A stretch of 64,000 nucleotides of DNA from Lama glama (lineage: Eukaryota). A model generated the notes under the pieces. The model had not been told where the DNA came from. It saw nothing but the letters and a program-made list of their open reading frames with translations, and did no database searches. The stretch spans positions 12,526,001 to 12,590,000 of the forward strand of contig CM052832.1 of NCBI GenBank assembly GCA_028534125.1, read 5' to 3'. This document shows, piece by piece, positions 12,422 to 23,262 of this stretch (its first letter is position 1; each line of letters begins with the position of its first letter). Both the position numbers and the translations under genes were made by a program.

Positions 12422-13774
12422 AAAAGATGTGTGTCATTCTCAAGTCCAGCCTAAAGGGCGGTTGTGAGGATTCAGAGAAGGTGAAAGCAAAGCATTTCAC
12501 ACAGTCTGCCTGGTACTGTCACGTTCTCTTATTCCCTATTCGCACCTCTGATGGATTTGTAAGACATAATCTCAAAGAAAGTAGTTTCCCTAAGTCTTTC
12601 TGGGAAACAAAACTGGGAGTGTGACTAACAGTATCAGTCAACCAGAAAAACTTCCTTGACTTACCAAATTTGAGGCATAAACACAAAGGACAAATGAGAC
12701 ATCATGGCTTCAGGCAGGAGAGGCCTCATCATGCCCATTCTGGGGTTTGCTGAGGCACAGAGGGAGAAAAGGGCTTGCCAATGATGGCCAGCATGCAGGA
12801 GGCCCAGGAAGGTCTGGCACCCAGGCCTCTTGACTCTCAGTCCAGTGCTCTTCCCAGCACAGGAATGGCCCAGATGGCCTGAACGCCAGGCCTGGCTCTC
12901 CCTCGCCCTCCTGTGGCCAGCCTGGGAACACTCGTGTTGCTAGGCTGCCAGGACTGGCTGTGCACAGATGGGCAAGGTGGCAGCTGCCCCTCCTCTCTGG
13001 AACGCTCTGCACTCATGAGAACTCAGCCATGAGTCATCCCAAAGGATAAATGAGTGGGAGAACCAACTCCACCTCCTTGAGGTGGAGGCAGGAATCCCAG
13101 AATGGCTTCCCTGCCTTGCTGCACATTCTTTACAAACTTGCTTGCCTGGCCCCTGGGTTTACAGAGGGACAGAATGGCAGTGTTATCTCCCAAGTGCCCT
13201 GGATGACCTCTTGACCCAGCTGGGTCCATGCTGAGCCACCAGAGCCCCCATATTTAATATGTCCCCTTGAGAGTCCCATTCATTTCCTGTGTGGTCCCCC
13301 TACCCTCACTTAGGCACCTGCTCCCAGTGCCTTTCTCTTCCTACCATCCCTTTCTACCTGCTCCCTGACACGTACTCTCTGGCACAACCTTATTCAGCCA
13401 AGAAACCTTTCCTGGCTGAAGTGAGTGCCTGCCATGGACACCCACTAGCCCTGTGGCCCTGCCGAGCCAGTTTCTCCATCCCAAGAAATCCCAATTGGTA
13501 GCCAATCTAAAACAAGGCTTCAAAGTAATTTGGGTGTGAATGATTGGGTTTATTTGTTCACTCTTGCATTCAGTCATTAAATAAGCATTTATTGAGTGCC
13601 GGGTATTAAGCCGGGTATTGAGAATGCAGAGAGATACAAAGCATGGCCACAGTCCCTAATCTGGCACTAAAAAATTGTTGCTTTTCACTCTTTCCCCTTC
13701 CCTTTAAGAGCTGTTTTTTTTTTCTTCCTTATTAGCTGTGTGACCTTGAGCAGAAAATAAACAGGAAAAAAAAT

Positions 13775-13960
13775 CATTATTATAGATGCCAAGTACTGTG
13801 CTAGGTGATTTACATCTGTTATTTAATTCTTCCTACAATTCTATGAGATGAATATTACTATTCCCATTTTTCTAGGTGAGGAAAAGGAGGCTCAGAAAAC
13901 TTTAATAAACTTGTCCAAAATCACACAGATAGTAACTGGCAGCTGTGATTTGAACTCAGG
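13775..13960 (-). mobile_element. MIR SINE
   Basis: tattcccattttt...gaggaaaaggaggctcagaaa...cttgtccaaaatcacacag. Confidence 0.8.
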
Positions 13961-14254
13961 TTGCTCATCCTCTCCAAACCTGCTTCTTCATCTGTGAAAT
14001 CGTGTATGTGTCACAAAAGCGATGCTAGACACACCCAAGCAGGTTTTAGAAACTGTTCTGCTTTTCCTTGCTCCTAGGTTCTGGATGCAGAACTTGGCCA
14101 GGACCTCATCTAGTGGCACAAAGACCCAAGGCTCTAGTTAGAGGTTTATGGGGTCTGTCCAGGGGGTCCTGAGGCTGCCGCTTCTCCCACAGACTCATTC
14201 CACACTGAGGAGTTGGAGCAACCTCATCTCAGCGTGGCACAGCTCAGTGGGAGG

Positions 14255-14850
14255 AAGTGGAAAGTGGTATGTGTTGTTTATTTTAAAAGTCAAGTGTGTG
14301 TCTCAAAATAATGTTAATGAATTCATCAGAAGATGGTACAAGGGGATTTAGAGCAGCTTCATTCATAACAGCTAACAACTGGAAACAACACAAATATCCA
14401 ACAAGAAGTTAAATAAATTGTGATTGATTGTATATATTATATGTATTTACACACAATTGAATACCACTAATAGTATACAATGAAACTACTCAGTAATGAA
14501 AAAGAATTCTTCGAACCACATGCAATACCTTGGATATAATCTGACAGATATACTGTTGAGTGAAAGAAGCCAGGCACCAAAAATGTAACATACTGTATGA
14601 TTCCATTAATATGAAGTTTGAGAAGAGGCAAAATTAACTTATGCCAATAGAAATTGTAATAGTGGCTACCTTTGGAGGGGTGTTGACCGGAGAAAAGCTT
14701 ACACCTTTTGAGGTGCTGGAAATGTAGACATGTTCTATGTCTTGATTGAGATGGTGGTTACATGAGTATATCCATACGTAAAAATTAATTGAGCAATGTG
14801 CTTAAGGTTCTTGCACTTATATGTCATATCTCAATTTAGAAAATAATGTT
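14255..14850 (+). mobile_element. Old L1 (L1MC/ME-type) 3' region
   Basis: gcagcttcattcataacagctaacaactggaaacaac...gttgagtgaaagaagccag...tactgtatgattccatt. Confidence 0.85.
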
Positions 14851-15259
14851 AATATCTCCTAGGGTGTCACCAGTGGCCTGCCACTTCTCCAGATTGGCTA
14901 AGCGCACCCTCCCTGATGGCCACCTGAAGCAGAATGGATAAATGAAAGCTTTGCCTAAGGGAGGCGTGGGGGTCTGGGCAAGGGAAAGGGCAGATGGGCA
15001 CCCACAGTTCTCAGACTCCTGCCGTTGCTCTAGAAGCCTTTCCTTAACCACCCCCTAAATCACTTTGAGGGGGTCTTGCCCTTGGTTTCCAGGGTTGTTC
15101 CTTGCGGTTCTCTCCTGATACCCAGCAAACTAAACAAATGGCACGGACAATCTGCAAATCCAAATAAAGATCTAAGAAGAGAGCGTTCAAAGCCCTTGCA
15201 GGTGCTTTACCTCACTTAAACCTCTGGAGTTTACTGGATTTTACTGCTGAGGAAAGAAG

Positions 15260-15760
15260 CCCGAGAGGTGCGGTCTTTGTTGTTGAAGGTCTCCTGGAGA
15301 GTTAGTGGGGAGCGGAGTTGGAGCCCAGTCTCTTCTCTCCCGCCGAGGGCTCTCTTCAGCCAAAGGGGGACGCTGGCGTTGGGGGTGGGGTCTTTGCTGG
15401 GGGTGGGGCTTCCGGAGAGGGCGGGGCTTCTCCGTTAACGGGAGTAGGACCTGCCTACGGGAAGGAGAATGCGTGGTGACCGGGCTGGTTATGGGCGTGA
15501 CTGGGGAACGTTGAAACCTCGGACTTTCCCTCCAGCCCACTCCAAGGGAGAAGAAAGCTGGAAGCTTCCCTGCTTTTCTGTGCCGATGACGCGCGCCTTC
15601 CTCCCTCTCTCCCCTGGGTCTCTACCTGCTACCCTGGGTGGTGCTGAACCCTTTCGGTACAGTTCGTGATGTGGTTGCTTTAAGAGACTTTCCCTTGTTT
15701 ACTGGCTGGTTGGGAGGGCCGAGAGTGGAAGCTAAGGCAGGAGCGCGGGAGTGAGAGGCA
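15260..15760. promoter_or_regulatory. CpG-enriched promoter-like region with GC box and palindromic MYB site
   Basis: Local CpG excess; GGGCGGGG at 15419-15426; CCGTTAACGG at 15432-15441. Confidence 0.5.
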
Positions 15761-16679
15761 GCACTACAGAGAGGAGGGCTGGGCTGCTTTCGCTGATGTG
15801 GGACCCTCCAGAGCCAGGCTCGTCATCTCCTGCCTGGGAGACAGCTGTGTAGACACAAAACCTGCCCTCCAGCCCGCCCTGAGGTTCTGAGGATAGATGT
15901 CAGAGACCTAGCTCAGTCCTTTTCTTCTGGGAAGTTCTCTCTGGGTCTAATTCCCATCCCTCCTATCAGAGTTTCTTCCCAGCCCTTTTCCTATGTCTTC
16001 AGTGGAAATGCAGAGGCCAAAGAAGAAAGGCAAAGAGATACTCTGAGCCCCACCTCCTTGCCTTTCCCCTGACTTCCTGGGCTCCTGTGGAATCTCTCTA
16101 ACGCCCTCCTCACTTAGGGAAGACCGACCTACTTGCTCTCTGCACCAGTCTTTCTGGGACTTTCTTTGGGTCTGAGGTGGCACAACCTGGGCACCCCTAC
16201 CAGGTGACTGGATTGGGCCCAGGGTCTGGACAACCCAGGAAGAGTGGGTGGCAATCGCCAGTTGCTGCAACCAAACCATGCATTCCACACTCCTGGGCCA
16301 CCCACTTAATTGTCAAATATTTCCCACTTAGTTTTAATTATGATTTTTTTTAAACTAAATAAGTCCCCAAATCCAAAAGCCACAAACTCCCTTCACTCCT
16401 ATCCCTAACCCCCCGGGCTTCTCAGAGACAACCAACTTCATCAGTTTCTTTGAGTTTCCTTCTGAAAAAATTGTGTAGAGACCCATAAATATACATATAT
16501 TCTGTTTTCCTCTGTTTTACACATACACTGTGCTCAGATTTTCACAGGGTATCCTGGAGGCAGCTCCCCACAAATACACATCAAATGTTCCTCATTTTTA
16601 TGCAGTTGCATTGCATTCCCTTGTGTGGATGATAACATATACAAAAAGCACCTGCACTGCACTAGGCGGTGGGGTTAGA

Positions 16680-17170
16680 ATGGTGGATGAGCCAAAGTGC
16701 TCGCCCTCATGGAGTTTACAGTCAGGGGGAGACAAAGACAAGAACCTTTGCTGTATAATTAGTTTAATGATGGGAGAAGTATGTTTTACAATGGAAAGCC
16801 AGGGGAGTGCCAGGAAAGGATTCTGAAGGAAGTGACATCTAATGTGAGACTGAGTGGGCATTAGCCGGGTGAGGATAGGAGGTGGGGGAGAGATTTTAAG
16901 CTGAGGGAACAACGTGTGTAACGGGCAGACATGAGACATTGTGGGCACTCAGTGATGCAGCATGCGGATGGGATGGAGAACTAGGCTGGCGAGGTCAGAG
17001 GGGCCCCATGGGCTCACCTTGTCAGCCACGGAGGAGGGCAGGACTCTTACACTTGATCCATACAGTGGGAAGCATTGAAGGGACTCAAGCATGACTGACA
17101 CGATCAGACTGGTATTTCAAAAGATCCCAGTGGCTGCTCTGAGGACAGAAGATGGATGGGATGAGAGACC
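16680..17170 (-). mobile_element. L2 LINE fragment
   Basis: gccctcatggagtttacagtc...gaaggaagtgacatct...cattgaagggactcaagc...gatcagactgg. Confidence 0.7.
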
Positions 17171-17544
17171 ACAGGAGCAGCAGGGAGGCTGGCTGGGAAT
17201 TCCACCCACCAGGCTGGAGGCCTCGCCACGCTCACTGGCCCAGCAGGGTAATCACAGCCTTTTCTGGACACATATCCTCGTCTCCAAAATGCAGGAGAGG
17301 GCAGGGCATTAGATTAGATGAGCCCCCAGCCCTTCCCATGACTTCAACCTCCTGCTGAGTAAACTGACCTCTGGGTTCTCCCCCTGCTCCCCCCGATCCC
17401 TTCTCCCAACACCTTTTCCTACCTGGATGCTTTTATGCAGACTGTGTGCCCTCTCTGTCATCGAACTCTGCTGTCCCTCACCCCTTTTCAAGTACGTCTG
17501 TGTGTGGTGCCTGGTAATCACTCAGTTATCTCCTCAAGTGAGTA

Positions 17545-17665
17545 AAGGGGGGTAACTGTATGGTGATGGATGGTAACTAGACATGTGGTGGTGATCATGC
17601 TGCAGTGTATGCAGATGTCGCATTTAATGTGGTGCTCCTGAAACTTACATAATTAAAAGAAAACT
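17545..17665 (+). mobile_element. Short L1 3'-end fragment
   Basis: gtatggtgatggatggtaactagac...gtggtgatca...cctgaaacttacataat followed by an A-rich tail. Confidence 0.7.
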
Positions 17666-17984
17666 AGCTTCTTCTCTGCCTCCCTCCTCCAAACTTGGAG
17701 GCAGACGCCCATTCTCCAGGGAACCACTCATATTCTCTTGGTTGTTTTTTCAGCCATTTCTTGGGATCCTAGTTCTACTCAGGTTTCCCTGGTTCCCCAT
17801 CTGATGTCTTGGCCCAAGATGGACAACTTGGTATCTCCCCACTAGACAGGAGTGGGTCCTACTCTCATTAGGCAGGAATTGGATTCCAAGTCTGAGGGTG
17901 CTCCCTTCCTCCCCCCTCGGGACTCCCCTGTCCATATTGGATCCATATGACCCTTTCTCAGAATGCCCCTAGAACTTCCCACCC

Positions 17985-18462
17985 CATCCTGGCTACTTAC
18001 TCCCCTTCAGATCCACTTTCTGCACTTCTCCACTTAGCTTGGCACCCCAGAAGCCCTACTTCCACAACTGCATCTTTTGGTCTCTGCTCTCTGGCTTCTA
18101 CTTGAGTTCAGCTAATGGGAGTCACTAGCAATAGATCCGAGAGCAGCAGGAGAGAAAGGCTAGGGTGTGCAGCCCACCCCTCTGTCCACTAGGCTGCAGT
18201 TTGGGCCTGGCTGCATTTCTCAACCAGTGCCACAGGCTGCAGCTCCTATTGGGCAGGCTGCCGGCTCCCACAGTTACAGCTCTTGCCAGCCCTTCCCTTT
18301 CCCCCTTCATGCCTGGGATGATAACTGGCCATGGGTTTTTTTTTTATCATCTATCATTGGTTAACTTAAAGCTGCCCATACCTATGTAAATAGTCCATTG
18401 CTACGCCTTCAGTGAAACCTAGGCGGATGCCCTGTGTCTCCTGCCAGGACTGATGGATACGC
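17985..18462 (+). mobile_element. ERVL LTR (LTR33-like)
   Basis: ctctggcttctacttgagttcagctaatgggag...gtaaatagtcc...tctcctgccaggactga resembles recalled LTR33. Confidence 0.6.
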
Positions 18463-20029
18463 TTCTCAAATCCTCAACCCCATCACTCTCCCTCCACCTT
18501 CATGCTGGGGTGAGGAAGTCTGTATGTCTCTGCTTGGGCACTGGTGATTCTTCTCTTCAATTTTGGACAAGTTGCTTAAGCTCTCAGTTTTCTGGTGGGC
18601 AAATGGGATGATTGTCAGACATAATTCCGAGGGTGGTCATAAGGATTCAATGTGTCCTGAGTCCTGTGTCTAGCACAGTGCCTGGCGTTTTGGAGAACCT
18701 TGGTAAATGTTAGATTATTTTCCCTTCAGGAAGTGGCTTCCTCACCACATCTGCCTCCACCTGACCTGGGGGAGAACATTCCCTCTGTGAGGGGGGCCTG
18801 TGCACCAGAAAGAGGGGAGTTAGGCACTGGCGGGAGTGCTCCTGATGAAAAGTCCTGTCCCCAAACCATACGTGTGACTCCATTAACCTAGAGAATGCCA
18901 CTTGATGCTTCGTTTGCCTTTTAAATACTGGGTGGGGTGGGATGTGTGTGTGTGGGATCTGCTCATTACAGGAGGATCAGAAGAGGCCACTCCCCTCCCC
19001 AGACCTACGCTGTCCGCCATTAACACAGCCCGACCAAGCGCTGCTTTCACTCCATTAGCCTTCAGGAATAAAAAGAACGATTTCTTAAGTCAAGAATAAT
19101 TATTTCAACCAGCTTTCCTCCTCAGCTCGCTGCTGCGCAGGCTGGGCTGCGTGTGCTGGCTGACAAATTAGTTTCTATTATTTATATTGGGCTAGAGAGG
19201 AGCCACACGCCTGGGGAATAGGGGGAGCAGGGAGAAGAGGTGGGAGATGGAGAGACAGGGACAGGGAACTGGGGAAAGAGCACGGGGTGGGGGGCAGAGG
19301 AGGGGGTAGGAAATACAGAAACAGAAGAAAAGACAGTCAAGTGGCTGGATGGAAGGATGCAGAGGAGGATGAAGGAGCAGGGGAAGGCAGGCTTTGTGGG
19401 CTCCAGGCTTGGGAAGACTGGGCCTGGACCCTGTGGGGTGCAGGCACTGGCTCTGCTCCCTGCACCTGTTGGGGTGGCTGGGTCTGGGCACACAGCAGGG
19501 GTCTGCCCCTCCAGGAGATCTGCCAGTAAGCCGGCCTCCCTGTTCTCTCCAGCTGGGACATGTGCTGGCATATCATCTAGCACTCAGGGCGAATGCTCTT
19601 CAAGACCCATCAAAATGCACAGAAATGTCTCATCTCTCCAGCCTCCCAGACTCCTGCATGCACCACACCTGCTCCCTGGGTGACTAAGGTCTCCTGAGTC
19701 AGAACCACAGGAAACGTGGAGGAAATGTGCTCCTACTCACCTCTTGTCTTCCCCTCTCTCCTCCCTGCTCTTTCTTCTTCCTACCCTCTCTTCCTCTCTC
19801 TTACTCCTCCTTCCCCTCCTGGAATGGAGGGGGCACTGGCCTGGCAAGCACCTCCCCTGGGGGAGGAGCTGGGGGGAACACAGGATGCAGACACCCCTCC
19901 CTCCAAGCAGAGACTCAAGACCTCTCCCTCCATATTAAGGGAGAGTGGGTCAGGGTCTGCCTCCCCAACCCCACTTCCTGTCAGGATGCAAAGCCAGAGT
20001 TTATTGGCTACTCTATTCTAGGCCCAGCA

Positions 20030-20580
20030 ACTTTTTAAATGATATATATTACACATTGATGTATTTACCTATTCATTTCCCTTCTTTTTTATGGAGGAAA
20101 ATCTTAAGGATACAACTTGATGAGTTTTTATATATGTATACACATACCTGTATAACCACCAACCACTTAAATCAAGATAGAAAACATTTTCAGGACCCTA
20201 GAATCCCCCTCATTCCACACTCCACTCCTACTCCACTCCCTACTGCTTGGAGGTAACTATTATTCTGACCTCTATCACCACAGATTAGTTTTGCTTGTTA
20301 GTGAACTTTATATAAATAGAATTATGCAGTATGTATCCTTTTGCATCTGGCTTCCTTTGCTTAACTGTGAGATCACAGTCTGTGAGATTTGTCCATGTTG
20401 CTGTTTGTAGCAGTAACTCATTATTTTTCCTTGCTATGGAGGACTCCACTGTATGAATATATACCATGGTTCACTCAACCAGTCTCCTCTTGATAGGTAT
20501 GTGGGTTGTTTTCAATTCTGGGCTATTATGAATAAAACAGGTACATTCTTGTACCTGTTATGCTGTGCATATGAAAAGCA
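20030..20580 (-). mobile_element. Old L1 3' region
   Basis: aggtaactattattctgacctctatcacc...gaattatgcagtatgta...gggctattatgaataa. Confidence 0.85.
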
Positions 20581-20597
20581 TTGTAACCTTGGGCAAG

Positions 20598-21500
20598 TAT
20601 AATACTGTGATTTGTAAGAAATATATATATTTGTCCACGGTTCCTGGTTCACAGCTCCCAAAACCCTTGGAAATTCCTGAGTGATAAGAACAATAGGAAC
20701 ACCTTTTGTCATAATATTTGGTCTCTTGTCCTCAGTTCCTGAAATTACTTCAGAGGCATAAAGTTGAAATGGGTGTCTTGGTATTCATAAGAGGCCACTT
20801 TCTCCCAGACCTGAGTTTATGTTAATGAGGTGGCTTTTGGAAAGCACCTAAGGGTGGGGGCTGGTTGCCAAAGGAGTCAACCACGTGATTAGAGGCTTGG
20901 AACTTTTAGTATCCCCCCCCACCTCTGTGGAGTGGTGAGGGCCTGGAGGTAGAATCAATTGCCAACAGCCCATAAGTTAATCAATCATGCCTTTCTTTAA
21001 AAACCTCAAAAAGGATGAAATTCAGAGAACTTCTAGGTTTGGAAACAGAAAGCTTCCATGTGCCACCATGCTGGGCCCAAAATTCCAGGAAGACAGAAGT
21101 TCAGGACCTTGCCCTGTGTATATCTTCATTTGACTATTGATTTGTATCCTTTCATATCCTTTGTAATAAACCAGTAATCTAGTGGGTAAACGGGTTTCCT
21201 GAGCTCTGTGAGCTGCTCTAGCAAATTAATAGAACCTCCAGCCTGTAGCCTGTTGGTTAGAAGCACAGTTAACAACCTGGGCTGGTGATTGGCATCCGAA
21301 GCAGGGGGCGGTCTTGTGGGACCAAGCCCTCAACCTGTGGGATCCGACTTTCTCTCTGGGTAGATAGTGGCAGAATTGATTTTGAATTGTAGGACACCCA
21401 GGTGGTGTCATAAGGAACTACTTGCTGGTGTGTGGGAAACACCCTCCCCCACACTGTTGCACCCACACATTGGAATTTTAGGTGCAGAATCTTTTAGTGA
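20598..21500. mobile_element. ERV LTR (MER21-like) inserted into a MIR
   Basis: aagaaatatatat...cagctcccaaaacccttggaaattcctgagtgata...gtaataaacc...ctgtgagctgctctagcaaattaa; the MIR head (gtaaccttgggcaagt, ~20583-20598) resumes at ~21501. Confidence 0.7.
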
Positions 21501-21660
21501 GTCACATAATATCTCTGAGCCCCAATTTTCTCATCTCTAAAATGAGAGAGAAGGAAGCTGTTAACTCTCCTGTTAGTGGTCATGAGGATTAAATGAGATA
21601 ACACATGCAAAGTGTCCAACACATTGCCTGGCACACCGTGGGGTGCTTAATAAATGTCAT
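21501..21660 (+). mobile_element. MIR SINE (3' part)
   Basis: ctctgagccccaattttctcatctctaaaatg...gaggattaaatgagataac...cctggcaca. Confidence 0.85.
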
Positions 21661-23149
21661 TTCCTCTATCATATAATCTGTTGGGAACTGGGAAAGGAGG
21701 TTTCAGTACATAATTCCCAGCCTGGGCCCCTGAGGCCAGAAAGCTGTCTCCATAGCAACCACCACCATAACAAACATTAACAATGGCACCAACCACTGTT
21801 TGTTGAGCACTCACATGGCTGATGCTGTGCAGTAGACTTTTACTGTCCTTTCTACCATCATCCATGGCTGCCCCCTAAGGCCTAATTCTTTGTGGCTTTT
21901 CAGGCTTCCTAAAGTATCAGGTAGGATTCCCATTTTATAGACTGGGAAAGTCTCAGAATAATTGAAAAATTTGCTCCAAATCAGTCATCCATCTGCCTTG
22001 AGAGTCAAGACATGTCTCTTTCACTTCTGCGCCTTCTCAAAGCTAGCAGAGGGTCTGGCTCAGTATGGGTGCTCCTGTGGACGGAAAATGAAGTCCCTCC
22101 TGTAACCAGTCCTTCCTCCTCTGGGCAGGCTTTATCAGGGAATTATGACTGTTGCTCATGATCTCTCCCCTGGAGAGCCTCCTTTGCCTTAAACTGCTAT
22201 GCAACAAGCAATGGGGAGCTTTATAACCAGCTTTGCAAGTGAACGGGGTCACCTCACTTGATCTTGCCCAGCATATGGGAGAACCTAGTGTCTTGGGCTG
22301 ATAGGAAACCCTCAGGGGTTGTCACGTTTAGGCTTTAGGTGAGGGATTGGTCCTAACCAAGTCAGTGACCTGCCAGCTCTCCAAAGCCCTTAAAAGAGGG
22401 GCCGCCTCTTCTAACAGTGGGGAAGGAAGCTGAGGAGAACCGAGGCTGGGGACATAGCGCTGGGAGGCTGGATGTCTGCTTCCAGTCAGGCTTGCCCCAC
22501 TGTCTGGGTGGCCTTGGGCAAGTCTCATGTCCCCTCTGGACCTTGCTTTCCTTGTCTAGGACAGATCAGGATGAATACAAACCCTTTCCAGCTGCAATGT
22601 ATACTTTGGAAGAGAGGCAGGGGCAGTTTCACTCCATTCCAGAGAATTTGGTAAGTGGGAGAGTAGTGGAGGCTGCTGCAGTCCACTCAGGGCCTTGGGC
22701 CTTAGAGGCTCCATGAAGCTTTCTTCCCCTCCTACAGCTGTTCAGAGGAGGGGCTGCTAATTGCGAGGTGGAGGGCCGCTAATGAGCTCGCTGAGGATCT
22801 TGGAGACAGCTCTGATGGTGCTAAAGGGCTTCCCTGAGTTTCCTTAAAAGCCCTGGTGGCAGTGAAGCCTCCATTAGCAGGAGGATTAATCACCAGGCAG
22901 GTCTCGGCCACCGCCTTCCAAGGTGCCCCCAGCTGCTCCCAGCTGCCCCTATGGTGCCCTTGGGGTTTAGAGAAGCTCCCACCCATGGCCTGGCCTATGT
23001 GATCTCAGACGAGAGAGCAGGGCAGGGAGATGGGAGTCTGCAACACTGGGCCTAGAGGACGTGGGGGGCAGAGGGATGGGGGATGGAGACCTGAGAAACA
23101 GGGGTGGGGGCCTCTGGGAGCAATTGCAGAGGTTATGACAGACCCCCTG

Positions 23150-23262
23150 GAGAATGCAAATGATATGCAAATTATGCAAACTATTAGTGATTAGTTGTGG
23201 GTCAATAGCTTGGGTCGTTTGAGTAATAAGTTGACACCTCTGTGCTCTAAGCCTTTGATTGG
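23150..23262. promoter_or_regulatory. Candidate enhancer with tandem octamer (POU) sites
   Basis: ATGCAAAT at 23154-23161 and 23165-23172, ATGCAAAC at 23174-23181; TCF site CTTTGAT at 23253-23259. Confidence 0.5.

Noticed and set aside
22805..22826. REST/RE1-like gctctgatggtgctaaa (plus a half site ggtgctgaa near 15640)
   Set aside because: The second half-site is mismatched or mis-spaced relative to TTCAGCACCnnGGACAG
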